Positions 30,342-39,105 of a stretch of 64,000 bases of DNA are shown here, in pieces (within the stretch, counting starts at the first letter, position 1; each line of letters opens with the position of its first letter). This DNA comes from Nitrospirota bacterium (lineage in GTDB: Bacteria > Nitrospinota_A > UBA7883). The stretch is taken from NCBI GenBank assembly GCA_024275315.1, contig JAJRZK010000049.1:74577-138576 (forward strand). The letters run 5' to 3'. The notes under the pieces are model-generated. The model did not search any database and had not been told where the DNA came from. It saw nothing but the letters and a program-made list of their open reading frames with translations. The position numbers and the translations under genes were made by a program.

Positions 30342-30935
30342 ATGAAACGTTTTATCCTCATGGTATATGTCGCGTTTATGTTAATGGCGCCATCCGCCGT
30401 CTACGCGGCGATTTATGACGTGGACAAGGATCATACGACAATAGGGTTTTCCGCCAAGCATATGGTGATAAGCAACGTGAAAGGCAAGTTCGACAGTTTC
30501 ACCGGAAACTTCGAACTTAACGAGCAGGGAAAGCTGATCGGAGCCGCCGCGACCGTGAAGACGGGAAGCATCAACACCGGCAACGCGAAGCGCGACACCC
30601 ATCTTAAATCACCGGATTTTTTCGACGCCGTAAAATTTCCTGTCATATCATTCAAGGCCACGAAGATCACCTACGATGGCGCAAAATGTAAAGTCGTGGG
30701 AGACATGACCATCAAAGGCGTGACAAAATCCATCACCCTGGACGGCGAGTTGCTTGGCCGCGTAAAGGACCCGTGGGGTTTCGAGCGCGCCGGATTTCAC
30801 GCTGAAGGCGTCATCAACAGGAAAGATTTCGGCGTAAGTTTTCATAAAGTTCTCGACAACGGGGGGCTTGTCGTCAGCGACATGATCAACATCTCGCTGG
30901 ATATAGAAGGGATCAAGAGAAAACCGGGCAAGTGA
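30342..30935 (+). CDS. yceI: YceI-family polyisoprenoid-binding periplasmic protein
   Basis: Signal peptide; DKDHTTIGFSAKH, RDTHLKSPDFFD, INRKDFG. Confidence 0.92.
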   Translation: MKRFILMVYVAFMLMAPSAVYAAIYDVDKDHTTIGFSAKHMVISNVKGKFDSFTGNFELNEQGKLIGAAATVKTGSINTGNAKRDTHLKSPDFFDAVKFPVISFKATKITYDGAKCKVVGDMTIKGVTKSITLDGELLGRVKDPWGFERAGFHAEGVINRKDFGVSFHKVLDNGGLVVSDMINISLDIEGIKRKPGK

Positions 30936-30960
30936 CAAGGCTTCCACGGATAGCCGTAAA

Positions 30961-31008
30961 TCATCCTGTTACGCCGGGGTGGCGCGCCATTTCTGCGTAA
31001 CAGGATGA
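30961..31008. terminator. Perfect 14-bp inverted repeat downstream of yceI (possible terminator or stabilising hairpin)
   Basis: TCATCCTGTTACGC-N20-GCGTAACAGGATGA; no clear U-tract. Confidence 0.5.
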
Positions 31009-31113
31009 CCCCGCCTGTGCGAAAAACATACTCAGCTACCTATTTTTAGCGCCATTTGCCTGTTATTACTAATTATGATATAATTATCTAATAACTTATC
31101 GTGGTGCAGGAGT

Positions 31114-32217
31114 GTGGCAGATTTCGAAAAAATAAAAGAGTTATATAAGAAATACGCCAAGCGCAGAATAACTCTTATCAAACGGAACAAGATGGAGCGT
31201 AGCCGCATCAAGAAGGACCTGCGCAACGATGGTTTTACTGATATAGCGGACTATGACAATTTTGACGAAGCGTGGCAAAAGCTCCAGCTTTCCACCACTT
31301 CTATCATCATATTTTCCGTTGTCACGCAAGATGGGCTCGATTTTCTTCACGAGTTGATAGATTCGACCCGGTTCAAGCAGACCCCGATGCTGATATTCTC
31401 GAACAGGATCAAAGAGCACACGAAAATTTTTGCCAACTCCGAGATAGTTCCGATGTGGATCGAAGCTCCCATAAACACCCTCAAGATCGAAGAGGGGCTG
31501 GCGGTGATACTTGCCAAGGGAATAATAGAAAGAAGCCAGATAGCGGAGGAATCGACCGCCCTTGACCATTTCACAAAGGCGATGGACGCTATTGCCAGCG
31601 AAGATTATGAACAGGCGAAAGAACTGCTGAGATTGGCGCTTAAGGGCAATCCCGATTTTTTCGAGGCGTATATCAAGATGGGAGAGGTGCTGATCGCCCT
31701 GAGGCAGTTAGACGCGGCCGAGCGGGTGGCGCAACGGGCCATTGACATGCGACCGGACGATCCGAAATCGCTTTTGCTCAGGTCATTGGTGGCCTCGGAG
31801 ATCAAGAGCAAGGAGGACGCTGTACAGGTTTTCGACTATAGCGTATCCAAACGCCCCAGGGATTCGGTTTTCGTAATCGAAATAGGCAACCTGGCGTTGA
31901 AAAAGGGGTGGATCGACGACGCCATCAGATACTTCGAGATGGCAAGAGAGATCGACCCGGACCTGATCCACGTATACAACCGGCTCGGTATAGCCTATTC
32001 ACGGGCCGGCAACTTCGACAGCGCCATGAAAATGTATGAGCTGGCGCTCGGGATCGACGAGAACGACGCGGGAATCCACTTCAACGTCGCCATGACCTAT
32101 TACCGCATGGGGGACGAGGAAAAATCCCTGCAAAGCTTCAGAAAATCAAATCAGCTTGACCCGGAGCTCGAAGAGCCGCTTCAATGGATCAAAAAACTTG
32201 AAAGCCACGCCAAATGA
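31114..32217 (+). CDS. TPR-repeat protein with degenerate N-terminal receiver-like domain
   Basis: Several TPRs (e.g. VYNRLGIAYSRAGNFDSAMKMYELAL); N-terminus REC-like but lacks the acidic pocket. Confidence 0.75.
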   Translation: MADFEKIKELYKKYAKRRITLIKRNKMERSRIKKDLRNDGFTDIADYDNFDEAWQKLQLSTTSIIIFSVVTQDGLDFLHELIDSTRFKQTPMLIFSNRIKEHTKIFANSEIVPMWIEAPINTLKIEEGLAVILAKGIIERSQIAEESTALDHFTKAMDAIASEDYEQAKELLRLALKGNPDFFEAYIKMGEVLIALRQLDAAERVAQRAIDMRPDDPKSLLLRSLVASEIKSKEDAVQVFDYSVSKRPRDSVFVIEIGNLALKKGWIDDAIRYFEMAREIDPDLIHVYNRLGIAYSRAGNFDSAMKMYELALGIDENDAGIHFNVAMTYYRMGDEEKSLQSFRKSNQLDPELEEPLQWIKKLESHAK

Positions 32218-32241
32218 GGGGGCTTCCCCTGCTTTTTGCTG

Positions 32242-32802
32242 TCAGCCACGCCTTGAAGATCCGTAGAACCTGCTCCATATAACAGCCGCGATGAACACTG
32301 ATCCATACACGATTATCTCCAAAGACATGGCCCAAAGACTCGACGGCGAGAATGGCTCTGCCCTGCTGACCCCCGGCATCAGCGGGATTATCAGGTAGAC
32401 ATCGGATATAGGCCACAAAGCCGGCGCTCCAATTCCGTTGGGATAATACGTGTCGATCATGAGTATGTCCATAAACACATGTGTGGCGTACAGCAGGCTG
32501 GTCAGCACGAACACCTTCATCGCCATGTTTCCTCCTCTGACCCGTATCCAGGCTCCCGCGATGGCTCCCAGCCAAAGAGCGAACCCGATCGAGTGGGTTG
32601 CGCCATGATGATAAAGCCCGGAGATAGTAAACCCGTGACCGTTCCAGAAGATAAAATCGGCGTCGGGAATATTCGACGCTATCACGCAAAACAGCATCCA
32701 GCGGGCGCAACGACCGCTGAACGCCTCCCTGACGCTAGATGGTTTTTCGATGAGGGACCAAATTGCAAGTCCCGCCAGTGTGTGGCCCACAGGTGTCGGC
32801 AA
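32242..32802 (-). CDS. Membrane-bound metal-dependent hydrolase (YdjM/DUF457-like)
   Basis: TTG start LPTPVGH; SNIPDAD, HHGATHS, HVFMD. Confidence 0.85.
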   Translation of the reverse strand: MPTPVGHTLAGLAIWSLIEKPSSVREAFSGRCARWMLFCVIASNIPDADFIFWNGHGFTISGLYHHGATHSIGFALWLGAIAGAWIRVRGGNMAMKVFVLTSLLYATHVFMDILMIDTYYPNGIGAPALWPISDVYLIIPLMPGVSRAEPFSPSSLWAMSLEIIVYGSVFIAAVIWSRFYGSSRRG

Positions 32803-32821
32803 GGGATCAGGTCTCCACGAT

Positions 32822-33994
32822 TTATGTAACGCGACCTTGCACAAAGTCGTTCACAATCTGCTCATAGATATCGTCACTTAGCTTAAAGAAATCGAACACG
32901 GTAAATAACGGCGCCAATAACTCTTTCACAAGCTCTACTAAATCTGTTTCCAAACCGCTCAGAGATGAACGTATCACAGATTCAATTTCGTTTTCTGAGC
33001 TGATACGTTTTACCGACATGGTACGACCAGGATTTGATGCACTTAAAATTCTTCCATCAAGCCCACCATGGCGTACTGCAACGTTGACAATGGTTGTCGG
33101 GTCTACCTCCAAACGACTGTAAAGCCTGGCGCAGTAAAGAAGTGTTTCCGTTACACGTACAATTCTTGTATTAAAAAATATCTTATTTCCGTCTCTGGTA
33201 TCTTCAAAGATCGTCTTCAGTAGGTAGAAATCGCCATTTCGGCGAATAGTCCAATAATCATAAGAAGAACGGTCATCGATGGCAATTTGAGCAACGATTC
33301 CATCGGCCTCCGGCCTCGGACGATGCTCATCCCTGTTACCAAGATAAACACCGATTGGCCACCCAAACGTATCTAATGTTGATTCGCGAGCGGCTTCGTC
33401 AAGCTCCCTCTGCGTCTTCCACGGTTTGGGATGGTCTAAAACAAAACGAATCTCCATAAATCCTGTAAGCCCCGTGGCACTCATATCTGTCAAAGCAGTT
33501 TCACGGTGAGAACTAATCCATTCGTCATCCCAGGGGCTGGTGGGTGTTAGGACAGCAGGGACTAAAACCGCTTGACGGCGGCGGATGCGTTTTTCGAGTT
33601 CTTTTCGGAATTCATCTATCTTGTCGGGATGCCAATATAAGATGTCATAACCGCCCAGATCAAAGTGGACTTTGGGGCCTCCTTGCGTGTAATTTTCGCT
33701 CTCTGGAAAATGATCCTCTCGGGCTGTGAGTATCAGGTTACGAAACTTGTCAATTCCCATTGCATACCCGATTTCGAGGTAGCAATTTGGACGCTCGTTA
33801 GTCAGATCGGCAACAATAATTTCGGCTCTTTTAATGAATCCTATGATCTCGCTTTTTAGCAGACCACCTTGATTGTGCTTATCAACACGTTTCGCATCAA
33901 GTCCACAGGCTTTTAGTGCAGGAACTATCGCCACTTTGCATAAGTGATCCAGTTCCTCGTTCCCGATTTGCATAATTATGAAAGCTTCGGTCAT
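32822..33994 (-). CDS. Nucleoside 2-deoxyribosyltransferase-like N-terminal domain fused to an unknown C-terminal domain
   Basis: AFIIMQI...RVD...I..AEIIVADLTNERPNCYLEIGYAMG...HFDL; visibly AT-richer than its flanks. Confidence 0.7.
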   Translation of the reverse strand: MTEAFIIMQIGNEELDHLCKVAIVPALKACGLDAKRVDKHNQGGLLKSEIIGFIKRAEIIVADLTNERPNCYLEIGYAMGIDKFRNLILTAREDHFPESENYTQGGPKVHFDLGGYDILYWHPDKIDEFRKELEKRIRRRQAVLVPAVLTPTSPWDDEWISSHRETALTDMSATGLTGFMEIRFVLDHPKPWKTQRELDEAARESTLDTFGWPIGVYLGNRDEHRPRPEADGIVAQIAIDDRSSYDYWTIRRNGDFYLLKTIFEDTRDGNKIFFNTRIVRVTETLLYCARLYSRLEVDPTTIVNVAVRHGGLDGRILSASNPGRTMSVKRISSENEIESVIRSSLSGLETDLVELVKELLAPLFTVFDFFKLSDDIYEQIVNDFVQGRVT

Positions 33995-34011
33995 ATTGTC
34001 TTTCCTGTTGC

Positions 34012-34149
34012 TTAAGGCATTTTATCAAATGTTTTCAATCCAGGGCATATAGTCCACCAACGCCAGTCGGTCATGGCGCGGATCACATCGTCGAGGGTAA
34101 ACGGCAGTTTTTCCGGCTCCTCGTACTCGCTGTACCTGTGAATAATCAT
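34012..34149 (-). pseudogene. Possible truncated gene remnant (45 aa)
   Basis: MIIHRYSEYEEPEKLPFTLDDVIRAMTD in host-like codons, then a drift into AT-rich sequence. Confidence 0.3.
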
Positions 34150-34311
34150 CTCTCTATTCTATCAGGTGTGAGGACGAACGGAAAAGATGGATTGAACCGG
34201 AGCGCCTGCGCGATACCGGCGCTATTTTCCCGGTTGCTTTATTTTAGACGGCGTCCGGACAGTATGGTATAAATAGTTCAGTTGATTGCTACCATAAACA
34301 GGGGCGGTATC

Positions 34312-34809
34312 ATGAAAAAATATTCTGGGATCTTTCTATTATCCATTATCTTTCTGGTGGCTTGCGGCGACAGCGGCGGGGGAGACAGCGGAGGATCATC
34401 AACAGCCAATGTTGCAGTAGGCTGGAGCGTGGGAGAGGTATACACAACTTTTACAAACGCCTCCACCCAGAATTTTAACGCCACATGGACAGTCGTTCAA
34501 AGTGGCGGAGTGCTCACCCTGACCGCCGTCAGAGCTTCTACAGGGTCGACAACCGCCGGCACGGGATCCGTATCGGGGTCGAACGTGACAGTCTCGCATC
34601 CATGTTATGGAAGCGGTTGCGGTTCGTGCACATACCTGTTTACCGGTACGGTCTGTCCCGATAACAACTGCATGAGCGGAAACGTCATCTATTGCAGTGA
34701 AGTGGCCAGTAGCAGGGTCGACGGAACATGGACGGCCACACGCACATCCAGCGCACGGGCAGGCGATTCCTCCAGTTCTGGCTCAAACCAACAAAACCCG
34801 TCGCCATGA
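34312..34809 (+). CDS. Cys-containing, Ser/Thr/Gly-rich lipoprotein
   Basis: MKKYSGIFLLSIIFLVAC lipobox; six further Cys; beta-rich. Confidence 0.7.
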   Translation: MKKYSGIFLLSIIFLVACGDSGGGDSGGSSTANVAVGWSVGEVYTTFTNASTQNFNATWTVVQSGGVLTLTAVRASTGSTTAGTGSVSGSNVTVSHPCYGSGCGSCTYLFTGTVCPDNNCMSGNVIYCSEVASSRVDGTWTATRTSSARAGDSSSSGSNQQNPSP

Positions 34810-35004
34810 CAACAGCTAGGCTGTAGGCAGGAACCGCTCCCCGATGGAAAGAGGGTGGTTGCACGCCGTTTTTACAGCATATGATTAAGGTTATGTGGCG
34901 CTCATTCAATGTGTTGCGCAGTATAGTTGATGTTGCGCGTTAAGGTTGGTCGGGGCGGTGTATAGCGTGTGCGCTTATGTCAGGGGTTCCGGGCGCCTGG
35001 CCGG

Positions 35005-37125
35005 TTACGCCCTGTCATGCAGAAAAACGAACGACAAAGCGTAAAACCCCATGGCGATGAGTATCAGCGAGCTCAAGCCGGTGATATAGCTGACACTCTC
35101 CGACAACCCCCCCACCAGAGCCCCGAAAAGGTTATACGCCAGGGCGCGCCGGGCGACCTGGGCCTGTGCGAACGATCGGGCGAACAGGTATCCTATGATG
35201 GTGAAGGGGACAAGGTACAACAGCGCCACAAGGTTGGACTCCAGCGGTGTGAAATAGGCCACCGCCAGTGCAACGCCAAGTGCGGCGTAAATGGCTGTGT
35301 ACGGCGCGCGCCTGGTTCGCCACAGATACAGGATGTTGGCGATGAGTATGGCGATCAGTATCAGGGATATCACGATGGAGCTTACTATCCATGTCGAGCC
35401 CCAGAAAAGGGTGAACCTGCTGATGACGGAAACCTCCAGCAATAAAAACCCCGCCCCCAGGGATGCGAAATGAAAATCCTCTTTTCGTGGCGCTCCGAAA
35501 AAGTATATGTAAACGAACACGAATATCCCCACGAGCAGGACAGAGACTGTCAGGTGAAGCTCCGGTATCGAGCTGGTCTTGACGTATAGATATGGCCAGT
35601 CGTCGGTTTGGACCTTCGACGGAGTTTCCTTGAAGAGAGTTTTCATTTTCCGGCTGTGCTCCGCGAGACCCTTTATGATCTTGTCTCCGCTGATCCGCTC
35701 GTTGAGCAGGGCGGAATCCCTGCTGGCGATAAAATATGTCCCCCCGGTGCCACGGATAAAAAACCGGTCCGATGGAAAATAGAACACGAACGGATCCTCG
35801 CCGAACTGGCGCTCCACCATTTTATGGATTTTGGACCCGATCCACGGAAAAGTGACCTGGAACGACAGGGCCAGCACCCCGTCATCCTTCAAGTGGCGTT
35901 TCATATCCCCCACGCTTTGAAGCGTGTACATGTAGCTGTCCAGGTTCGTGTTGGAGAAGTTGGATGTCAACGTGTGGGAATCCAGGAGGCCGAGCACGAT
36001 CAGGTCGTATTTGTCATCGCTGTTTCGCAGGTAGTTCCGGGCGTCGTTGTTGATGATGGTCACCCTGTCGGACAGGTATGGTTTTTCCGGATGATAACGT
36101 TTTCCCAGGGATATGATCACCGGGTCTATCTCCAGCGCGGTGACATGCTTTACGCCCGCCCGCAGGGCCGCGGCCACATCGTTGCCTCCGCCCGCCCCCA
36201 AAACCAGCGCACCGTCCAGCCGTTTGGGGAAATTATATGGAAAATCATAATAGGAATATCTGTCGCGCCATTTCGGAAAGAGGCGGGGATGCTTTTGCCG
36301 GAGAGGATCGCTCAGGTCGAGCAGGTACATGTATATCGTGTGGTTGGTTTGCAGGGAATAGTAATCTACACGCTTTGCGCCGTCTATATCCGCATAGGAG
36401 AATATCTCCTTGCTGAAGTTTATTTTCTGGTAGGGGGACCATATTTCCATGCCCCTGGCCCGCGTCTCTGCGTGTGTGAAGGAAATGCCGACTATTGCGA
36501 TGAGCGTGGCGATCATGATGGTCTTGGCCCTGCTCCAGCTCCACACGGCAAGGATGATGGCCATGGCCGTCAGGTACCACGTGAAAGGTTTTAGAGTCGC
36601 AAAACTTATAATCGCGAAAAACCATACACCGAGGATCGACCCGATTATGTTTATTGAATAGTCGAGTATCCTGTTTTTCGACCTGTCGAATATTTGCGCC
36701 AGCGCCTGTCCCATCGGGACCATCGCCGCCATAATTACAAAAAACAGAGCCACGAGCATGACCAGGCCCGATATGAAGGGAAGCCATCCGGAGTAGCCTG
36801 TCTCCGACCATGTGTTAAATCCGCCCACGTTCAGCAATTCCGATATGGACGCGAAATTCGACGCGGGATTGGTAAGCAGAGCTATGACCGCGACGCAGAT
36901 CACGGTGACCGACAAGCAAATTTTCGGGCGGTACAAGTAGCCGAATCCGAGCCCAAGGAACGCCCCGATCAGGGCGAGATTCTTGAAATAAGCGAAAATC
37001 CTTATTTCGCTGGCGAGATGCCGGATGAGCATGATTTCGATATAGAGACTCAGGAAACTCAATATCAGCAACAACACCCTGTCGTCACTGAACGGTTTCC
37101 GGGGCGTGACGGTGTCTTGCATCAA
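35005..37125 (-). CDS. Multi-pass membrane protein fused to a spermidine-synthase-like SAM-dependent domain
   Basis: N- and C-terminal TM bundles; WSPYQKI, LVLGAGGGNDV, LEIDP, NDARNY, TDDWPY. Confidence 0.85.
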   Translation of the reverse strand: MMQDTVTPRKPFSDDRVLLLILSFLSLYIEIMLIRHLASEIRIFAYFKNLALIGAFLGLGFGYLYRPKICLSVTVICVAVIALLTNPASNFASISELLNVGGFNTWSETGYSGWLPFISGLVMLVALFFVIMAAMVPMGQALAQIFDRSKNRILDYSINIIGSILGVWFFAIISFATLKPFTWYLTAMAIILAVWSWSRAKTIMIATLIAIVGISFTHAETRARGMEIWSPYQKINFSKEIFSYADIDGAKRVDYYSLQTNHTIYMYLLDLSDPLRQKHPRLFPKWRDRYSYYDFPYNFPKRLDGALVLGAGGGNDVAAALRAGVKHVTALEIDPVIISLGKRYHPEKPYLSDRVTIINNDARNYLRNSDDKYDLIVLGLLDSHTLTSNFSNTNLDSYMYTLQSVGDMKRHLKDDGVLALSFQVTFPWIGSKIHKMVERQFGEDPFVFYFPSDRFFIRGTGGTYFIASRDSALLNERISGDKIIKGLAEHSRKMKTLFKETPSKVQTDDWPYLYVKTSSIPELHLTVSVLLVGIFVFVYIYFFGAPRKEDFHFASLGAGFLLLEVSVISRFTLFWGSTWIVSSIVISLILIAILIANILYLWRTRRAPYTAIYAALGVALAVAYFTPLESNLVALLYLVPFTIIGYLFARSFAQAQVARRALAYNLFGALVGGLSESVSYITGLSSLILIAMGFYALSFVFLHDRA

Positions 37126-37186
37126 CTGTTAAATCTGGTCAATGATATATCTGTTAAAAAATGAAAGACCGGCCCGGATGGCCTGG

Positions 37187-38044
37187 TCAGAAACGCAACA
37201 GCGTGTCGATCGCGAACTCGAAAAATCCGGCGCTCACGGCGCGCTGTCCGCTGGCCTGGGTTTTGGTGATTATCGATGAGGCTGGCGCCGCCGCTCCTGT
37301 CCATTCTCCCGTATACCAATGGCCGGACCCCCTGAAATCGGGAAAAGACGGCGCTTCGGGCGCCGGCCATACGTAAACATAAAAATATGGCTCCGCAAAA
37401 TTTTCGTCACCGCAGGAGAGTCCCGCCCCGATCATGCTGTCACCACCATGCCTGCCGGTAAAAGAGAACACCGTGGCCATGTCGAAATGATGAGGCCAAA
37501 CCCTCACCTCGGATGAGCCCTCGCGCGTATCGGCGACTTCATGAAGCGCCAGATCCGCGTTGGCCATGTACCTGTCGAACTCCTCGAGGCTTCGTTCAAC
37601 ACCATGGATGGAAAATGGATCCCCCGACCGGAGACCGTGATCCGGCAGACGTTCCGTGTTTATCGCAAGCTTTGACGGGTCCAGGCCGAAACCGGACACC
37701 GCGCCCTTCAGCCAATCGAACGCTTCGTCGACCGTTTTGCCATCCAGCGCAAGCGACGCCAGCGGGTTGGAATGGTCGCCCCCATCCTCGACAAGCGCAA
37801 GCTTCAGCGCGGATATATCGAGAACGCCGCGCAGTCGAACGCTTCCATCCGCCACGCCGGACATCAGGACACCGTCGGCCCATTTCATGCTCACGTGCCC
37901 GTAATCCTCCTGCGGCTCCATATAGCAGGCTCCTATCGCCGAAGACAGCTGTGACGCGTAATGAAGTCTCATCCTGGCTTCGACAAGGTCGGTGGGCGGG
38001 ACCGCGCCCAGCTTGCGCCACGTCCTGTTCGAATTTTTCATCAA
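37187..38044 (-). CDS. DUF5996-like hypothetical protein
   Basis: LH.ASQL, WPHHFDMA, GLSCGDENFAEPYFYVY.WP. Confidence 0.65.
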   Translation of the reverse strand: MMKNSNRTWRKLGAVPPTDLVEARMRLHYASQLSSAIGACYMEPQEDYGHVSMKWADGVLMSGVADGSVRLRGVLDISALKLALVEDGGDHSNPLASLALDGKTVDEAFDWLKGAVSGFGLDPSKLAINTERLPDHGLRSGDPFSIHGVERSLEEFDRYMANADLALHEVADTREGSSEVRVWPHHFDMATVFSFTGRHGGDSMIGAGLSCGDENFAEPYFYVYVWPAPEAPSFPDFRGSGHWYTGEWTGAAAPASSIITKTQASGQRAVSAGFFEFAIDTLLRF

Positions 38045-38087
38045 TATAATCTCCCCTTGCGGCGTCCCGGTTACAACAGCGGCGCCG

Positions 38088-39083
38088 TCATCGTTTAACC
38101 AGCTCTGTCAATGAGAACCAGCGATCATCGTTCGTATACCACCTGTCCACCCTCAGCCCGGCGGATCTCACCATCCGTTCGAGGCTTACGCGGCTGAACT
38201 TGCGGCATATCTCGGTTCGGATGGTTTCACCAGACATGATCGCAACTTCGATCCCCGCGCCTGCGATCTCCACCTCCATATCCTCACAGGCTTCAAGGTG
38301 CATCTCCACTCTCTCCAGTCGCGGGTCGTAAAACGCCCTGTGGACGAAAAGCGAATGGTCGAAATCCGCGTCGAGCTCCCGGTTGATCACCGTCAGTATG
38401 TTTTTGTTGAACAGCCCGGTCACCCCGGCGGAGTCGTTGTACGCGGCCTCGAGAATCTTTGCGGGTTTGATCATATCGGCGCCCAGCAAAAACCTGTCAT
38501 CGTCCCTCATCGACCCGGCTACACATTCCAAAAACTCCTGCGCCTCGTTTTCGTCCAGGTTGCCGATGGTGCCCCCAAGGAACAGGATCAGCTTCGGTCG
38601 TTCTCTCTCCAGCCGGTCGAGGTTCCGGGTGAAATCGGTCACTATACCCATGATATTCATGTCGGGATACATTTCCAGCATATCCGAAGACGCCTCGATA
38701 AGGGCGGAATGGCTGATGTCCACCGGCACATAACGCAAACCCGCCCTGCGACGATGGTCTATGGAGGTAACCAGCTTCCTGATTTTCCAGTTCGCCCCGG
38801 AGCCGAGCTCCACGATGTCGCCATGAGAAAAGCCGTCCATGATTTCCGGCCCGTGTTCGTTTAGCAGTTCCATCTCCATCCGCGTCTGGTAATATTCCGG
38901 AAGATTGCAGATTCTCTCGAAAAGCTTGGAGCCGGCGGCGTCGTAAAAATATTTGCATGGCACACGTTTTTGCTCTTCGCAAAGCCCCTGCCGTATCTCC
39001 TCGGCCACGCTTTCCACGGCGCCGTTCCCGGGGTTTTCATACACCGTCAGCCTGTTGCAGTCACTCTGATATATAACAGTCAC
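38088..39083 (-). CDS. egtD: L-histidine N-alpha-trimethyltransferase (EgtD/EanA)
   Basis: PCKYFYDAAGSKLFERICNLPEYYQTR, ELGSG, GGTIGN, AAYNDSAGVT, IRTEICRKF. Confidence 0.93.
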   Translation of the reverse strand: MTVIYQSDCNRLTVYENPGNGAVESVAEEIRQGLCEEQKRVPCKYFYDAAGSKLFERICNLPEYYQTRMEMELLNEHGPEIMDGFSHGDIVELGSGANWKIRKLVTSIDHRRRAGLRYVPVDISHSALIEASSDMLEMYPDMNIMGIVTDFTRNLDRLERERPKLILFLGGTIGNLDENEAQEFLECVAGSMRDDDRFLLGADMIKPAKILEAAYNDSAGVTGLFNKNILTVINRELDADFDHSLFVHRAFYDPRLERVEMHLEACEDMEVEIAGAGIEVAIMSGETIRTEICRKFSRVSLERMVRSAGLRVDRWYTNDDRWFSLTELVKR

Positions 39084-39105
39084 GAACCATCTCCTCGCTT
39101 AAGGA

